This document shows positions 28,612 through 38,269 of a stretch of 64,000 nucleotides of DNA, in pieces (within the stretch, counting starts at the first letter, position 1; each line of letters opens with the position of its first letter). The position numbers were made by a program, and so were the translations under genes. The notes under the pieces were generated by a model. The model saw nothing but the letters and a program-made list of their open reading frames with translations, searched no databases and was not told the origin of the DNA. The DNA is from an uncultured Gemmatimonadaceae bacterium (GTDB taxonomy: Bacteria > Gemmatimonadota > Gemmatimonadetes > Gemmatimonadales > Gemmatimonadaceae): NCBI GenBank assembly GCA_963761305.1, contig CAVXGK010000002.1:2112001-2176000 (forward strand), in the 5' to 3' direction.

Positions 28612-31565
28612 AAATTCACTCCCGACACGACGTAAACCTGCACCGCATTCTGTCCGAACAGCGTGCGGTTGTAGGTTGGCGCGACGACACCTAAACGAAA
28701 TCGGTACGCCGAGTCCCACGAGAGGATGCCGAGGTTGACGTTGAGCTCCGCGCCGGCCGACGCGATCTCGACGCGGCGGGTGAGGAGCGGGTCGAAAATA
28801 TTGCAGACCTCGCGCCCGGCGGCGACGCTCGGACACCACGCCGAGCCGACGTCGGTGAAGAACGAGATGAACGTGCGGTCGAGGAAGAACGGCAAGATGC
28901 CGGGCGATTCGCCGACCAGCCAGAGCGGCATGCGATACTCAGCCGTGCCGGAAAACGCGCGTGTGCCAAAGAGAGTGCTCGACGGAAATCCGCGGACCGG
29001 AAACGTTTCGCGTCCTTCGCCAATCGTGTAGCCGGGAACCACCTGGAACGTACCGCCGTTGATGCCGCCGACGTCGTAGTAACCGTCGGTGTTCACGTCG
29101 GCCCAACCGACGGCGCCGCGCAGCGCGATCACGTGATGCGAGAATCCGGGCAGGTCGAGCGACTTGTACAGTTGCAACGTGGCCACTGTGCTGAGGCTGG
29201 CACCGCCCTGCGCCGCCGGCCCGCTGCGGAATCGATCGCGCAGCGTCGTGTTGAACTGGAGGCCGTCTTCGGGGGAGATGCTGAACGCCGGCCGTTGGTA
29301 GTTGGCGTACCCGAGCGCGCCGATGAGCATCGGGAAGGTCGGACTGCCCAGCTCGCCGGCGGTGTCGAGACTGGTCAGCGCCACGGGTGCGTTCGTCGTG
29401 TGCGAAAGGGCTTCGACGCCGAACCCGCCGGTGAGCGACAGCGACGTCCGCACACGCTGGCGCAGCCAGGTGCCGAGCACCTCGGCGTCGAGCGTTCGCT
29501 GAAAGACTTCACCGATGATCGGACGGCCTGGCGTGCGCGCGAAGACGCCGCCGAGGCTCTGCCAGTCTTGCGACAGGTCGACCCCGATCACCGGAAGACC
29601 GAGTCCAGCATATTGGTAGAAGAAGGATCCGACGATGCCTGTGTTGTTGGTCGGGAACTCGAGCGTCGCCTGCATGGCGTGCTGGCCGACGACGTCTTGC
29701 CCGGTCGTGGTGAGACCGAAGCGGTAGCCGTTGTCGATGCCGGGGTCGAGGACGGGCAGCCAGTAGCGCGGATAAAACGTGCGCCACGCGTGGTAGCGCC
29801 CGACCGGGCTGCTGTCGACGACGACCGGCGCGACGCCCGCGTGCGGGAGCGTGTCGAGATAGTCGGGCACCGCGGTGCCGGCCGTCGTGGCGTAGCGCCC
29901 GAAGCCCAAGTGATAGCCGTCGATCCGGAAATCGGTGGCGGCCGCGTGGACGCCGTCCGGTGCGGGGATGGCGTCGAACGTGCCAGTGGTGACGTCGCTC
30001 AAGCGTCGCGTCGAGGCGCCGTCGAACGTGCGGGTATTGGAAAAGCGCTCGACGTAGATCTGCGTGGCGCCGTCGCGATCGGAGTTGTACATCACTCCCG
30101 CGTCGCCCGGCAGCCAGCTCGGCGTGGCTTCGATCGAGCGGCCGCTGGAGACGATGTGCAGGATGTGGCCGAGCGTGTCGAGGACGACGATCTGCGCCAC
30201 GTTGCCGCGGAGCCAGCGCGCGGCGACGATGCGGTCGCCGGAGTGGGACCATTCGGGCTCGGTCCACCACTCGTCGAAGCTGCCCACGGTGAGCGGCGTG
30301 ATCGTCTTGCCGTCGGGCGACACGCGCACGAGATGCGTAGCGCCCGGCGTTATCTGCGCGGCGACTATCGCGCCGTCGCTCCGCAGGTCGGGGGTGATGA
30401 GACGCTCGCCGTGCGTGATCCGATGCTCCGAGCGGCCGCGCTGCACCACGAGATCGGCGCGCTCCTGATACGGATTGATGAAGTCTATTTGAGAGAACAA
30501 CAACGCGCCGTCGGCCAGTTCCAGATTCGGCGAGGAGTTGTTGCGCCGCCCCACGCGATGTCGCGCGCCTGCTGTGTCGACGCGGTAGGCGCCGAAGGTC
30601 TGGCGGCCGGGCCCGCCACTATAGATGATGGCCGAGTCGCCGAGCCAGCGCGGATCGGCGGCGAACGGACCGTCGCGGGTGAGTTGCCGCCACGCCTCGA
30701 GCGGGCGCGCGCCGGGTTCGCGAATCGTCTTGGCGATGGAGTCGCGGAACTCACCCCACGCCCTGCTGAACGAGACGCCGAAGGCTTTCTTGGCGGATGG
30801 ATTCAGCCACCATGGGATGAGAAAGTTGCTCTCGCTCTCGACGAACTTGCGGATGTCCCCTTGCCCGCCCGAGTTGGCGAGGTAGTCGACGAAGAGAGAG
30901 CCGTACGCGTACGCCGATTCGCCGAAGGGAAAGCGCCCCTGTCCGAGGCTCCACGCGCCGATGCGCGGAAAGGCGCCGTCGATGGTGGACGAGCGCGCGA
31001 TCATGCGGTGCTCGGAGCCTTCGATGCGTCCGGCGCCGGCGAGGTGCGACTCCTCGTGGACGGCGAGTCCCTCGGTGAGCCACGACGGCGCGTAGAGGTT
31101 GGGGAACACCGGCGGCGCGCGGCCGAAGATGTGTTGGGCGAGCGCCCAGACGCCGCGCGTGCGATCGAGGTGGAAGATGTGCGTGAGCTCGTGCGTGATC
31201 ACCATCTGCGTCCAATCGTTCGTGTAGCGAAGCGCCGTCTCGTTGATCGGCGGATTGGCGTAGACGAGGATGCGGTTCGTCGGGAAAGGCGTCGCGTTTC
31301 CGTTGGAGAAGTCCGCGTCGTCGGTGAGGGTGACGTCGATCATCCCCCGCGGCGGATGCATCTCGTTCGACAACTGCGCGTACGCACGCTCGGCGTCGCC
31401 GGCGAGCCGGCGGGCGAGCGGCTCGAGCGGCGGGTTGAAGTTGATGCGGAAGTGCTTGGTGGTGATGGTGCGCCACTCGAGATACGGGGCCTGGGCCGGG
31501 GCGCGCGCGGGAAGGGCGATCGCTGCGAGGAACAGCGCGGCCCGTAGGAGGTGGCCCCCCTTCAC
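28608..31565 (-). CDS. Outer-membrane protein: gluzincin-like HEXXH domain, TolB-like propeller and Omp85 barrel
   Basis: HELTH and WLTEGLA motifs; PD40-like repeats; VRGFP..AEYRMPL; terminal Phe. Confidence 0.8.
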   Translation of the reverse strand: MKGGHLLRAALFLAAIALPARAPAQAPYLEWRTITTKHFRINFNPPLEPLARRLAGDAERAYAQLSNEMHPPRGMIDVTLTDDADFSNGNATPFPTNRILVYANPPINETALRYTNDWTQMVITHELTHIFHLDRTRGVWALAQHIFGRAPPVFPNLYAPSWLTEGLAVHEESHLAGAGRIEGSEHRMIARSSTIDGAFPRIGAWSLGQGRFPFGESAYAYGSLFVDYLANSGGQGDIRKFVESESNFLIPWWLNPSAKKAFGVSFSRAWGEFRDSIAKTIREPGARPLEAWRQLTRDGPFAADPRWLGDSAIIYSGGPGRQTFGAYRVDTAGARHRVGRRNNSSPNLELADGALLFSQIDFINPYQERADLVVQRGRSEHRITHGERLITPDLRSDGAIVAAQITPGATHLVRVSPDGKTITPLTVGSFDEWWTEPEWSHSGDRIVAARWLRGNVAQIVVLDTLGHILHIVSSGRSIEATPSWLPGDAGVMYNSDRDGATQIYVERFSNTRTFDGASTRRLSDVTTGTFDAIPAPDGVHAAATDFRIDGYHLGFGRYATTAGTAVPDYLDTLPHAGVAPVVVDSSPVGRYHAWRTFYPRYWLPVLDPGIDNGYRFGLTTTGQDVVGQHAMQATLEFPTNNTGIVGSFFYQYAGLGLPVIGVDLSQDWQSLGGVFARTPGRPIIGEVFQRTLDAEVLGTWLRQRVRTSLSLTGGFGVEALSHTTNAPVALTSLDTAGELGSPTFPMLIGALGYANYQRPAFSISPEDGLQFNTTLRDRFRSGPAAQGGASLSTVATLQLYKSLDLPGFSHHVIALRGAVGWADVNTDGYYDVGGINGGTFQVVPGYTIGEGRETFPVRGFPSSTLFGTRAFSGTAEYRMPLWLVGESPGILPFFLDRTFISFFTDVGSAWCPSVAAGREVCNIFDPLLTRRVEIASAGAELNVNLGILSWDSAYRFRLGVVAPTYNRTLFGQNAVQVYVVSGVNF

Positions 31566-33442
31566 TGCGCCAGCGACCGAAAGTACGCCTCGATGCCGTC
31601 GGCCACGCCGCGCGCGTAGCGTTCCTGGAACTCCGCCGTTCTGAGAGCGTTCTCCTGTTCAGGAATCATCAAGAACGCGCCCTCGCAGATGAGCGCCGGC
31701 ATCCACGTCGTGCGGCCGATGGCGATGTTCTGGTAGTGGATGCCGAGGTCGCGGAGACCCATCTCGCGCTCCATGCCGGACTGCACCAGGCGCGCGAGCG
31801 GCTCGGATTGTGGATGGAAGAACAGCGTGCTGGTGCCGACGTTCGGGAATGGATCGACGCCGTCGCCGAACGCGTTCAGATGAATCGAGACGAGCGCGTC
31901 GGAGTTCGCGCGCCGGGCGATGACCGAGCGCAGATGGAGATCGACGGCGTCCATGGTCGTGCGCGTCATCACGACGTGCGCGCCGCGCTGCTCGAGGAGG
32001 TCGCGCAGCTTGAACGCGACCGGCAACACGCCCGCCGCTTCGGTGAGGCCGGTCGGGCCGATCGCGCCGCCGGGTGGATGCCCCGGATCGACGGTGATCG
32101 TGAGTCCCTCGAGCGGGCGCTCGGCGGTCACGCGCGGCGGGCGCCGCAGTCGCAGCACGAATCCGCGCGCGTCGAACAGCACGAGGTAGCCGAACGGGGC
32201 ACGCGCCAGCTCGATGTCGAGACGCGTGCGGTCCGAGCCCACCGGAACCCAGTTGACCACGGTGATGAACGGGTCGTTCTGGAAATACTTGATCGTCTCG
32301 GGCGACGCCTGCGTTCCATAAAGCGTGAGCGACACGTGCCGAGTGTCCTGCTCGACGAGGAACGGCGGCGGCGAAGAGAGCGGCAGCACGAGATCCACCC
32401 ACTCCGGCGCGGGAATGACCGACATCGCCCCGACCGTGCGGCGCGGCGTCGGATAGCCGGTGGCGAGCGACTTCACGTTCGCCGAATCGACCCACACCTC
32501 GAGCTGCGAGTCGAGTCGCACGCGCACGTTGTCACCGATGCGTCCCGTCTCGACGACGATCGTGCCGGGGACGAACATCCATTTGTACGTCCCGCCGGGC
32601 GTCGCACGGCCGATGACCGTCTCGTCGGTGTCACGATCGGCAATGGGATCGCCCAGCATGACAGGTTGTGGCGGCCGCGGCTCATAGATACGGGACAGCT
32701 CGAGGCGGACCGTTTCGTCGCCGCGCGTGACGACGAGCTGGCCGCCGGCGCGCAGATCCGCCGCGCGCACGTCGGTGGCGAACGTGTTCCCGCCCAGGAA
32801 GACGAGCGGTTGATTCATGGTCTTGGTGACGACGGCGGCGTCGGCGTTGGCCGGCGCCCGCACACTCACGCGAACGAGCTCGTCGTCGCGCAACGCACGG
32901 TAGCTGCCGCGCGGCTGAACGCTCGACGAATCGACGACGAGGCGGCCGGTTGTCGAGAGGTCGGGCCGCGCAGGCGGCACGCGGACGCGGATGACCGATT
33001 CCACACTGTCGGTCCCGGTCCGCGCGACGAGCTCGTAGCGCGGTGCATTCGGCGGCGGCACCGGCAGATAGGCGAGGAACGCACCGTTCGGCGCGACTGG
33101 CACCGGCGTTCCATTGATCGTGAGGTCGGCGTGTCCATTGCCGACCGATCCGAAGATGAAGTTCGAGTCGCGAACGCTGATCGCTTCGTTCGAGGAGGGA
33201 AACTCGACTTTGATCGAGACCGGCCCGTCGACGAGCGGAATCGGCGGGAGCGGCCGCGGCGCGGCGTTGCGGTCACCGGCCGGCGCGACCGGCGCCGGTG
33301 CGGGCGGATTCGCGGCGGCGGGCTTGGGCGCCGGCGCGGGGGTGGGGGTGGCTGGGGCCGGCGGCTGTGGCCGCGGAGGCGAACTGCACGCCGCGGCGAA
33401 ACAGAGGGTCGACGCGATCGAGACGACGCGCGCGGTTCGCAT
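31562..33442 (-). CDS. N-acetylmuramoyl-L-alanine amidase (Amidase_3) lipoprotein
   Basis: VDPGH, VSIHLNA and PALICE motifs; lipobox AAAC after ATG 33442. Confidence 0.9.
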   Translation of the reverse strand: MRTARVVSIASTLCFAAACSSPPRPQPPAPATPTPAPAPKPAAANPPAPAPVAPAGDRNAAPRPLPPIPLVDGPVSIKVEFPSSNEAISVRDSNFIFGSVGNGHADLTINGTPVPVAPNGAFLAYLPVPPPNAPRYELVARTGTDSVESVIRVRVPPARPDLSTTGRLVVDSSSVQPRGSYRALRDDELVRVSVRAPANADAAVVTKTMNQPLVFLGGNTFATDVRAADLRAGGQLVVTRGDETVRLELSRIYEPRPPQPVMLGDPIADRDTDETVIGRATPGGTYKWMFVPGTIVVETGRIGDNVRVRLDSQLEVWVDSANVKSLATGYPTPRRTVGAMSVIPAPEWVDLVLPLSSPPPFLVEQDTRHVSLTLYGTQASPETIKYFQNDPFITVVNWVPVGSDRTRLDIELARAPFGYLVLFDARGFVLRLRRPPRVTAERPLEGLTITVDPGHPPGGAIGPTGLTEAAGVLPVAFKLRDLLEQRGAHVVMTRTTMDAVDLHLRSVIARRANSDALVSIHLNAFGDGVDPFPNVGTSTLFFHPQSEPLARLVQSGMEREMGLRDLGIHYQNIAIGRTTWMPALICEGAFLMIPEQENALRTAEFQERYARGVADGIEAYFRSLAQ

Positions 33443-33637
33443 GCGAGGGGAAAGGTATTCCGATCTGATAGGGCGACGGTAGGACGCTTCGCATCGTCCC
33501 CGGGACGTTGCGCAACGCTCGACGGTGCAATTGATTGACCACGCCATGCCGGTCGGTCTATATTCGCGGGCCTTGCTCGTTTCGAGCCCCGGCATTTCCT
33601 CGGCCTTCCCCGTATCTCCTCCCTGACCAGCAGGCCC

Positions 33638-34873
33638 GTGACGCCGAACCCCGACGCGACTGGCGACGGCATCGTCGTGCATGTGTTCGGCAGGACAGAC
33701 GTAGGGCGGACGCGAGAGCACAACGAGGACGCGTTCGTCATCGCCGACCTGACGGCCAACGACGCGACGCTGCCGGCGACGATACGCAAGCAGTCGGCGA
33801 GCCCCAAGGGATCGCTGTTCATGGTAGCCGACGGCATGGGCGGCGCCGCCGCGGGCGAGATCGCCAGCGCGATGGCCGTCGACGTAATCCTCGGCGAGAT
33901 CCGTTCGAACTGGATCACGTCGCCGGCCACCGACGCGGAGTCGTTCGTCCGCGCACTCAAGAGCGCGACCAAGAACGCCAACGAACGGATTCACACCTAC
34001 GCGTCGCAACACGCCGAGTACCGCGGGATGGGCACCACGGCGACGATCGCGGGGCTGCTCGGCGACACGCTGTACCTGGCTCAGGTCGGCGACTCGCGCG
34101 CGTATCTCGTGCGGCGGGGCATCGCGCGGCAGATCACGAAGGATCAGTCGCTGATGCAGAAGCTGGTCGAGGCGGGCGAGCTTACCGAGGAAGAAGCGGA
34201 GCACAGCGAGCGGCGCAACATCATCTTGCAGGCCCTCGGGCCCGAGCAGACGATCCGGGTCGATCTCACGCACCAGACGGTTCGCCAGGGCGACGTGCTC
34301 GTGTTGTGCAGCGACGGCCTTTCGAGCCAGATCGGCAAGAACACGATTGCCGACGTGGTGACGGAACAGGACGACATCGCCGCCGCGTGCCGCGAGCTGA
34401 TTGATCTGGCGAACGCGAGGGGCGGACCGGACAACATCACGGTCATCATCGCGCGGTTCGACGGGCGAGGCCTGCTGCCGCCGAACGACACGGACGAAGT
34501 CGGGCACCAGGTGTTCCCGCTCAACAAGAACACGACACCGGTGGAGGCGATCAGCGCGCTCGACCTCGACCCGCGTGTGTTCCCGACCGAAGAGATGGAA
34601 GCCCCCGGCGTCCCGGGCGAAACCGCCGACGAGATGGGAGATCGCCGGTCGACGCCGCCCGGATCGCGCTCGATTTCAGCGGCGCCGAGCGATCTGCGGA
34701 AATACACGCCGGCGAGAGCCGCGACGCCGCCCGAAGTGCCGGTCGTGTCGGACGCGCGGCGCAGCGCGGGACGAACGATCTCGCTCGCGCTGCTCATCGC
34801 GCTGATCCTCGGCGCGCTGTGGTTTCTATATCACACGATTACGACCGTGACCGGTGCTCCGCCTGGCAAGTGA
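33638..34873 (+). CDS. PP2C-family Ser/Thr phosphatase with C-terminal TM
   Basis: TDVGRTREHNED, VADGMGG, GMGTT, VGDSRAY, LCSDGL and GGPDNIT motifs. Confidence 0.93.
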   Translation: MTPNPDATGDGIVVHVFGRTDVGRTREHNEDAFVIADLTANDATLPATIRKQSASPKGSLFMVADGMGGAAAGEIASAMAVDVILGEIRSNWITSPATDAESFVRALKSATKNANERIHTYASQHAEYRGMGTTATIAGLLGDTLYLAQVGDSRAYLVRRGIARQITKDQSLMQKLVEAGELTEEEAEHSERRNIILQALGPEQTIRVDLTHQTVRQGDVLVLCSDGLSSQIGKNTIADVVTEQDDIAAACRELIDLANARGGPDNITVIIARFDGRGLLPPNDTDEVGHQVFPLNKNTTPVEAISALDLDPRVFPTEEMEAPGVPGETADEMGDRRSTPPGSRSISAAPSDLRKYTPARAATPPEVPVVSDARRSAGRTISLALLIALILGALWFLYHTITTVTGAPPGK

Positions 34874-34928
34874 TGGCTACTCCTGGCCGTCTTAGGCTAG
34901 TCGCGGGGCTGAGATCAACGGTGACACA

Positions 34929-35057
34929 AGACACAAACGGATTGAACTGAAACAAACGGAAAGGTCTTTGGGAACTGCGACGGGGGTGTCGACTCGCGGT
35001 TCCAAAAGACAAAAGAATTTGCTGTCTCCGTTGGTTTCCGTTTGATCCGTTTGTGTC
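34929..35057. repeat. Family C element: inverted AAACGGA-rich arms around an internal hairpin
   Basis: Left arm gacacaaacggattgaactgaaacaaacgga; right arm tccgttggtttccgtttgatccgtttgtgtc; core stem 34964-34980/34994-35010. Confidence 0.8.
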
Positions 35058-35120
35058 GGTTTATCCCGCGACTGCTCGCCCGCGTGAACCAGGGTTCCCG
35101 TCCCCAAGACCTCGCCGGAC

Positions 35121-36251
35121 TCACGCCGGCGTGAGCTTGCCAAGCATGCGGAGACCGCGCGCGCCGGTGGCTCGCGGAACGTTGGCCGGGCGCGATTCGA
35201 GATGGAGATGCGCGAGGAGTGCGAAGGCGACGGCTTCCTTGGCTTCGCCGTCGAAATAGCGCTCGGCGAATTGGCGCACCGTGATCGGCGCGACGGCCTG
35301 CGCGATCATGCGGACGAGGGTCGCGTTCTTGGCGCCGCCGCCGGAGAGGAGCACCTCGGTGACGGGCTCCGGCAGGAATCGGCGATACGACTCGGCGATG
35401 CTGCGCGCGGTGAGCGACGTCGCGGTGGCGACGATGTCCGGCGTCGTGGCATTCGATTTCGCCTTGCGACAATCGGCGATGAGCGCCTCGGCGTACGCGC
35501 GGTCGTACAGCTCGCGGCCGGTCGACTTCGGCGGCTCGGCGGCGAAGTAGGGGTGCGCGAGGCGTGCGTCGATCACGGCGTCGATCGGCGAACCGGCGCC
35601 GGCGAGGGCGCCGTCTTGGTCGAACGTTTGCGATGGGTTGAGCATTCTCGTGACGGCGTCGATCACGGTGACACCGGGGCCGGTGTCGAACGCGCGCACG
35701 CCGGCGACGTCGCCGCCCGGCGGCACGACAGTGACGTTGCCGATGCCGCCGATGTTCTGGAGCGCGCGCCAGTCGTCGCCCGAGAAGAGGATCGCGTCGG
35801 CGATGGGGACGAGCGGTGCGCCCTGCCCTCCGGCGGCGACGTCTCTCACGCGGAAATCGCTCACGACGGAAATGCCCGTTCGCTCGGCGATCACGGCCGA
35901 TTCGCCGATTTGCCACGTTGAGTGCGGCGGGTCGTGCCAGAGCGTTTGGCCGTGTGAGCCGATGGCGCGCACCTCGCCGCGAGAAATACCGGCGTCGGCG
36001 AGCGCACCGATCGCCGCATCGGCGAGCCAGCCACCGAGGTCGAACGCGAGGTTGCAGTAGTCGCGGGCGGTTCCGCGGTCGAGCGCCGCTTCGAGCCGCG
36101 CGCGTTGCTCCGCTGTGTACGGCACGCCGCGAAAGGCGAGCAACTGCGGCTCGAGACGATGGTCGTTCGCCGCATCGGGATTGAAGCGCACGACAGCGGC
36201 GGAGATTCCGTCGAGCGACGTGCCCGACATCAATCCGATATAAACGCTCAC
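35121..36251 (-). CDS. anmK: Anhydro-N-acetylmuramic acid kinase
   Basis: IGLMSGTSLDG, GSHGQT, GGQGAPLVP, NIGGIGN, FDTGPG and PPKSTGRE motifs. Confidence 0.96.
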   Translation of the reverse strand: MSVYIGLMSGTSLDGISAAVVRFNPDAANDHRLEPQLLAFRGVPYTAEQRARLEAALDRGTARDYCNLAFDLGGWLADAAIGALADAGISRGEVRAIGSHGQTLWHDPPHSTWQIGESAVIAERTGISVVSDFRVRDVAAGGQGAPLVPIADAILFSGDDWRALQNIGGIGNVTVVPPGGDVAGVRAFDTGPGVTVIDAVTRMLNPSQTFDQDGALAGAGSPIDAVIDARLAHPYFAAEPPKSTGRELYDRAYAEALIADCRKAKSNATTPDIVATATSLTARSIAESYRRFLPEPVTEVLLSGGGAKNATLVRMIAQAVAPITVRQFAERYFDGEAKEAVAFALLAHLHLESRPANVPRATGARGLRMLGKLTPA

Positions 36252-37183
36252 GCGGACGCGTCTGGCGTCGGGACAGGCGGCGGCGGGCGATTCACGGCGC
36301 GCCGGGTCACGCCGCCGGCGGCGACGAGCGCGCGCTCGGCGTCGGCGCGTGAGGCCTTCAGGAAGTGCATGACGATGGCCGTCTTCACGACGCCGCCCGC
36401 GTCGTTCAGCAGCCGGCGCGCGCCGGCGCGGTCGACCTCGCAGACTTCCATGAGAATTCTCTCACTGCGGTCCTCGAGCTTCTTGTTAGTGGCGCGCAGG
36501 TCGACCATCAGGTTGCCGTACGTCTTGCCCAGCCGGATCATGGCGCCGGTCGTGATCATGTTGAGCACGAGCTTGGTGGCGGTGCCGGCCTTCATGCGCG
36601 TCGAGCCGGTGACGACCTCCGGGCCGGTGAGCGGCAGGATCAGGATGTCGACGAGGTCGAGTGTCTCTTGAGGAGGAGGGGAGCACGCGACGAGGGCTGT
36701 CGCCGCGCTGACGACACGGGCATGTTCGAGCGCGCGTCGCACGTAGGGGGTCGTTCCGGACGCGGCGATGCCGATGACGAAATCGCCTTCCCGCACGCCG
36801 TGGCGGGCGAGATCCTCGTCGGCGCTCTCGATCCGATCTTCGGCGCCTTCCTGCGAGCGGGTGAGCGCGGGCGGTCCGCCGGCGATGATGCCCTGCACCA
36901 TCTCCGGGTCGGTGCCATAGGTCGGTGGACACTCGGAGGCGTCGAGCACGCCGAGCCGTCCGGACGTTCCCGCGCCGACGTAGAAGAGGCGTCCGCCGCG
37001 GCGGAAGGTCGCTTCGGCCGTCTCGATGGCGCGGGCAATTTGTTCTCTTTGTGCGCCGACGATGGCGGGAACGGTCTCGTCTTCGGCGTTTATAAGGTCG
37101 ACGATTTCGAGCGGCGTTGCGAGATCGATCGCGGCCGTGCGCACGTTGCGGCGCTCGGTGAGCCGCGAGTCGAGGAACGTCAT
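36248..37183 (-). CDS. murQ: N-acetylmuramic acid 6-phosphate etherase
   Basis: GAGTSGRLGVLDASECPPT, GIAASGTTPYV, GPEVVTGSTRMKAGTATK and NLMVD motifs. Confidence 0.97.
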   Translation of the reverse strand: MTFLDSRLTERRNVRTAAIDLATPLEIVDLINAEDETVPAIVGAQREQIARAIETAEATFRRGGRLFYVGAGTSGRLGVLDASECPPTYGTDPEMVQGIIAGGPPALTRSQEGAEDRIESADEDLARHGVREGDFVIGIAASGTTPYVRRALEHARVVSAATALVACSPPPQETLDLVDILILPLTGPEVVTGSTRMKAGTATKLVLNMITTGAMIRLGKTYGNLMVDLRATNKKLEDRSERILMEVCEVDRAGARRLLNDAGGVVKTAIVMHFLKASRADAERALVAAGGVTRRAVNRPPPPVPTPDASA

Positions 37184-37250
37184 GTCGCCGCCTAACTTAC
37201 GCGGAGTCGTGCGCGGCCCGCAACACAATAGAGCGGAGGGGTCAGGGGTC

Positions 37251-37916
37251 ATGCGTTATGGTATCGCGATCACGACTTTCTGTGGGTGCGCCGCCCTCTG
37301 CGCGGCGACGGGTGCGGCGCAGTTCCCCCACCGAGGGAGCGGCGGCATCGCCTCCGACCCCGACTACTGGGTCGGCCTCGAGTACGGCTATCAGGGCGGC
37401 ATGACGGTGAACGACGCGAGCGGCGCCCAGTGGCAGATCGGCTACACGTCGCAACTGCGGGCGACCGTTGCGAAGACGATCGCACACCAAGTCTCGATCG
37501 GTGTGGCCGCGGCCTTCTCGACACCGACCCTGAACTACCTCCCCGGCATTGACGGCACCGGCAACAGCTTCACGTGCAACGTCGGCTGCACGGCGAAGGT
37601 CGACGTGACGCAGTGGCTGGCCTTCCTCCACTACGGAAGCGGCCTGGGATTCCACGGCGTGTACAACCTCGAGGCCGGGATCACGCAGTTCGGGAATTTC
37701 CGCGAGGAATCCACCGGCGACGCGCTGCCCCCGAGCAGCTCGGCGAACGACTTCTCGTTCGGGCTCGGCGGCGGTGCGGGCTACGGGTTCACGCCGACGA
37801 TCGACGGGTACATCGCCGAGAACTTCGACCTCGTGCTGCATTCGCAGGGGGCGAACGTGACGGACGACGCACCGCGGTTCTTCACGTTCCGAGTCGGGTT
37901 CCGAGCCGGGTTCTAG
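37251..37916 (+). CDS. Small outer-membrane beta-barrel-like protein
   Basis: GGAGG upstream; signal peptide; alternating beta pattern; terminal FRAGF. Confidence 0.6.
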   Translation: MRYGIAITTFCGCAALCAATGAAQFPHRGSGGIASDPDYWVGLEYGYQGGMTVNDASGAQWQIGYTSQLRATVAKTIAHQVSIGVAAAFSTPTLNYLPGIDGTGNSFTCNVGCTAKVDVTQWLAFLHYGSGLGFHGVYNLEAGITQFGNFREESTGDALPPSSSANDFSFGLGGGAGYGFTPTIDGYIAENFDLVLHSQGANVTDDAPRFFTFRVGFRAGF

Positions 37917-37974
37917 CGCGGTGGCGGGGAGACGCCGTACGGGGACTTGTCGTGGCGCTCGAGAGCCGCGGGGA

Positions 37975-38231
37975 ACACTGACACCAACGGATTGAACTGG
38001 AAGGAACGGAAACGGCAAAGACCCTTGGGGAACGGCACACCCATCGGGACGGCGCCCAGCCCCCCGAGGCTGTTCCCCAAGGGTTCAATCCGTTTGTTTC
38101 CGTTTCACCCGTTTGTGTCCGTGTCACAGTCGTCGATGCTCGGCCGCCGCGCGGTTCGAGACTCGCGCGCCAATACTGGCATCTACGAGGGAAACAGACA
38201 CAAACGGATTGGACGGACACAACGGAAACGA
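37975..38231. repeat. Family C element plus an extra solo arm
   Basis: Left arm 37980-38015; core stem acccttggggaacggc/gctgttccccaagggt; right arm 38089-38125; solo arm 38197-38231. Confidence 0.8.
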
Positions 38232-38269
38232 CGACAGCCGTTGGCACAAAACTCCTCGTTGGGGCCAAT

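Noticed and set aside
29133..31547. 804-aa plus-strand ORF (likewise 55274-58222, 45745-47892, 38279-40123)
   Set aside because: Antisense shadow ORFs of well-supported genes, expected from GC-rich codon bias; no motifs
33443..34507. N-terminal extension of the 981-aa amidase ORF
   Set aside because: Antisense shadow of the PP2C gene; the lipoprotein signal begins at 33442
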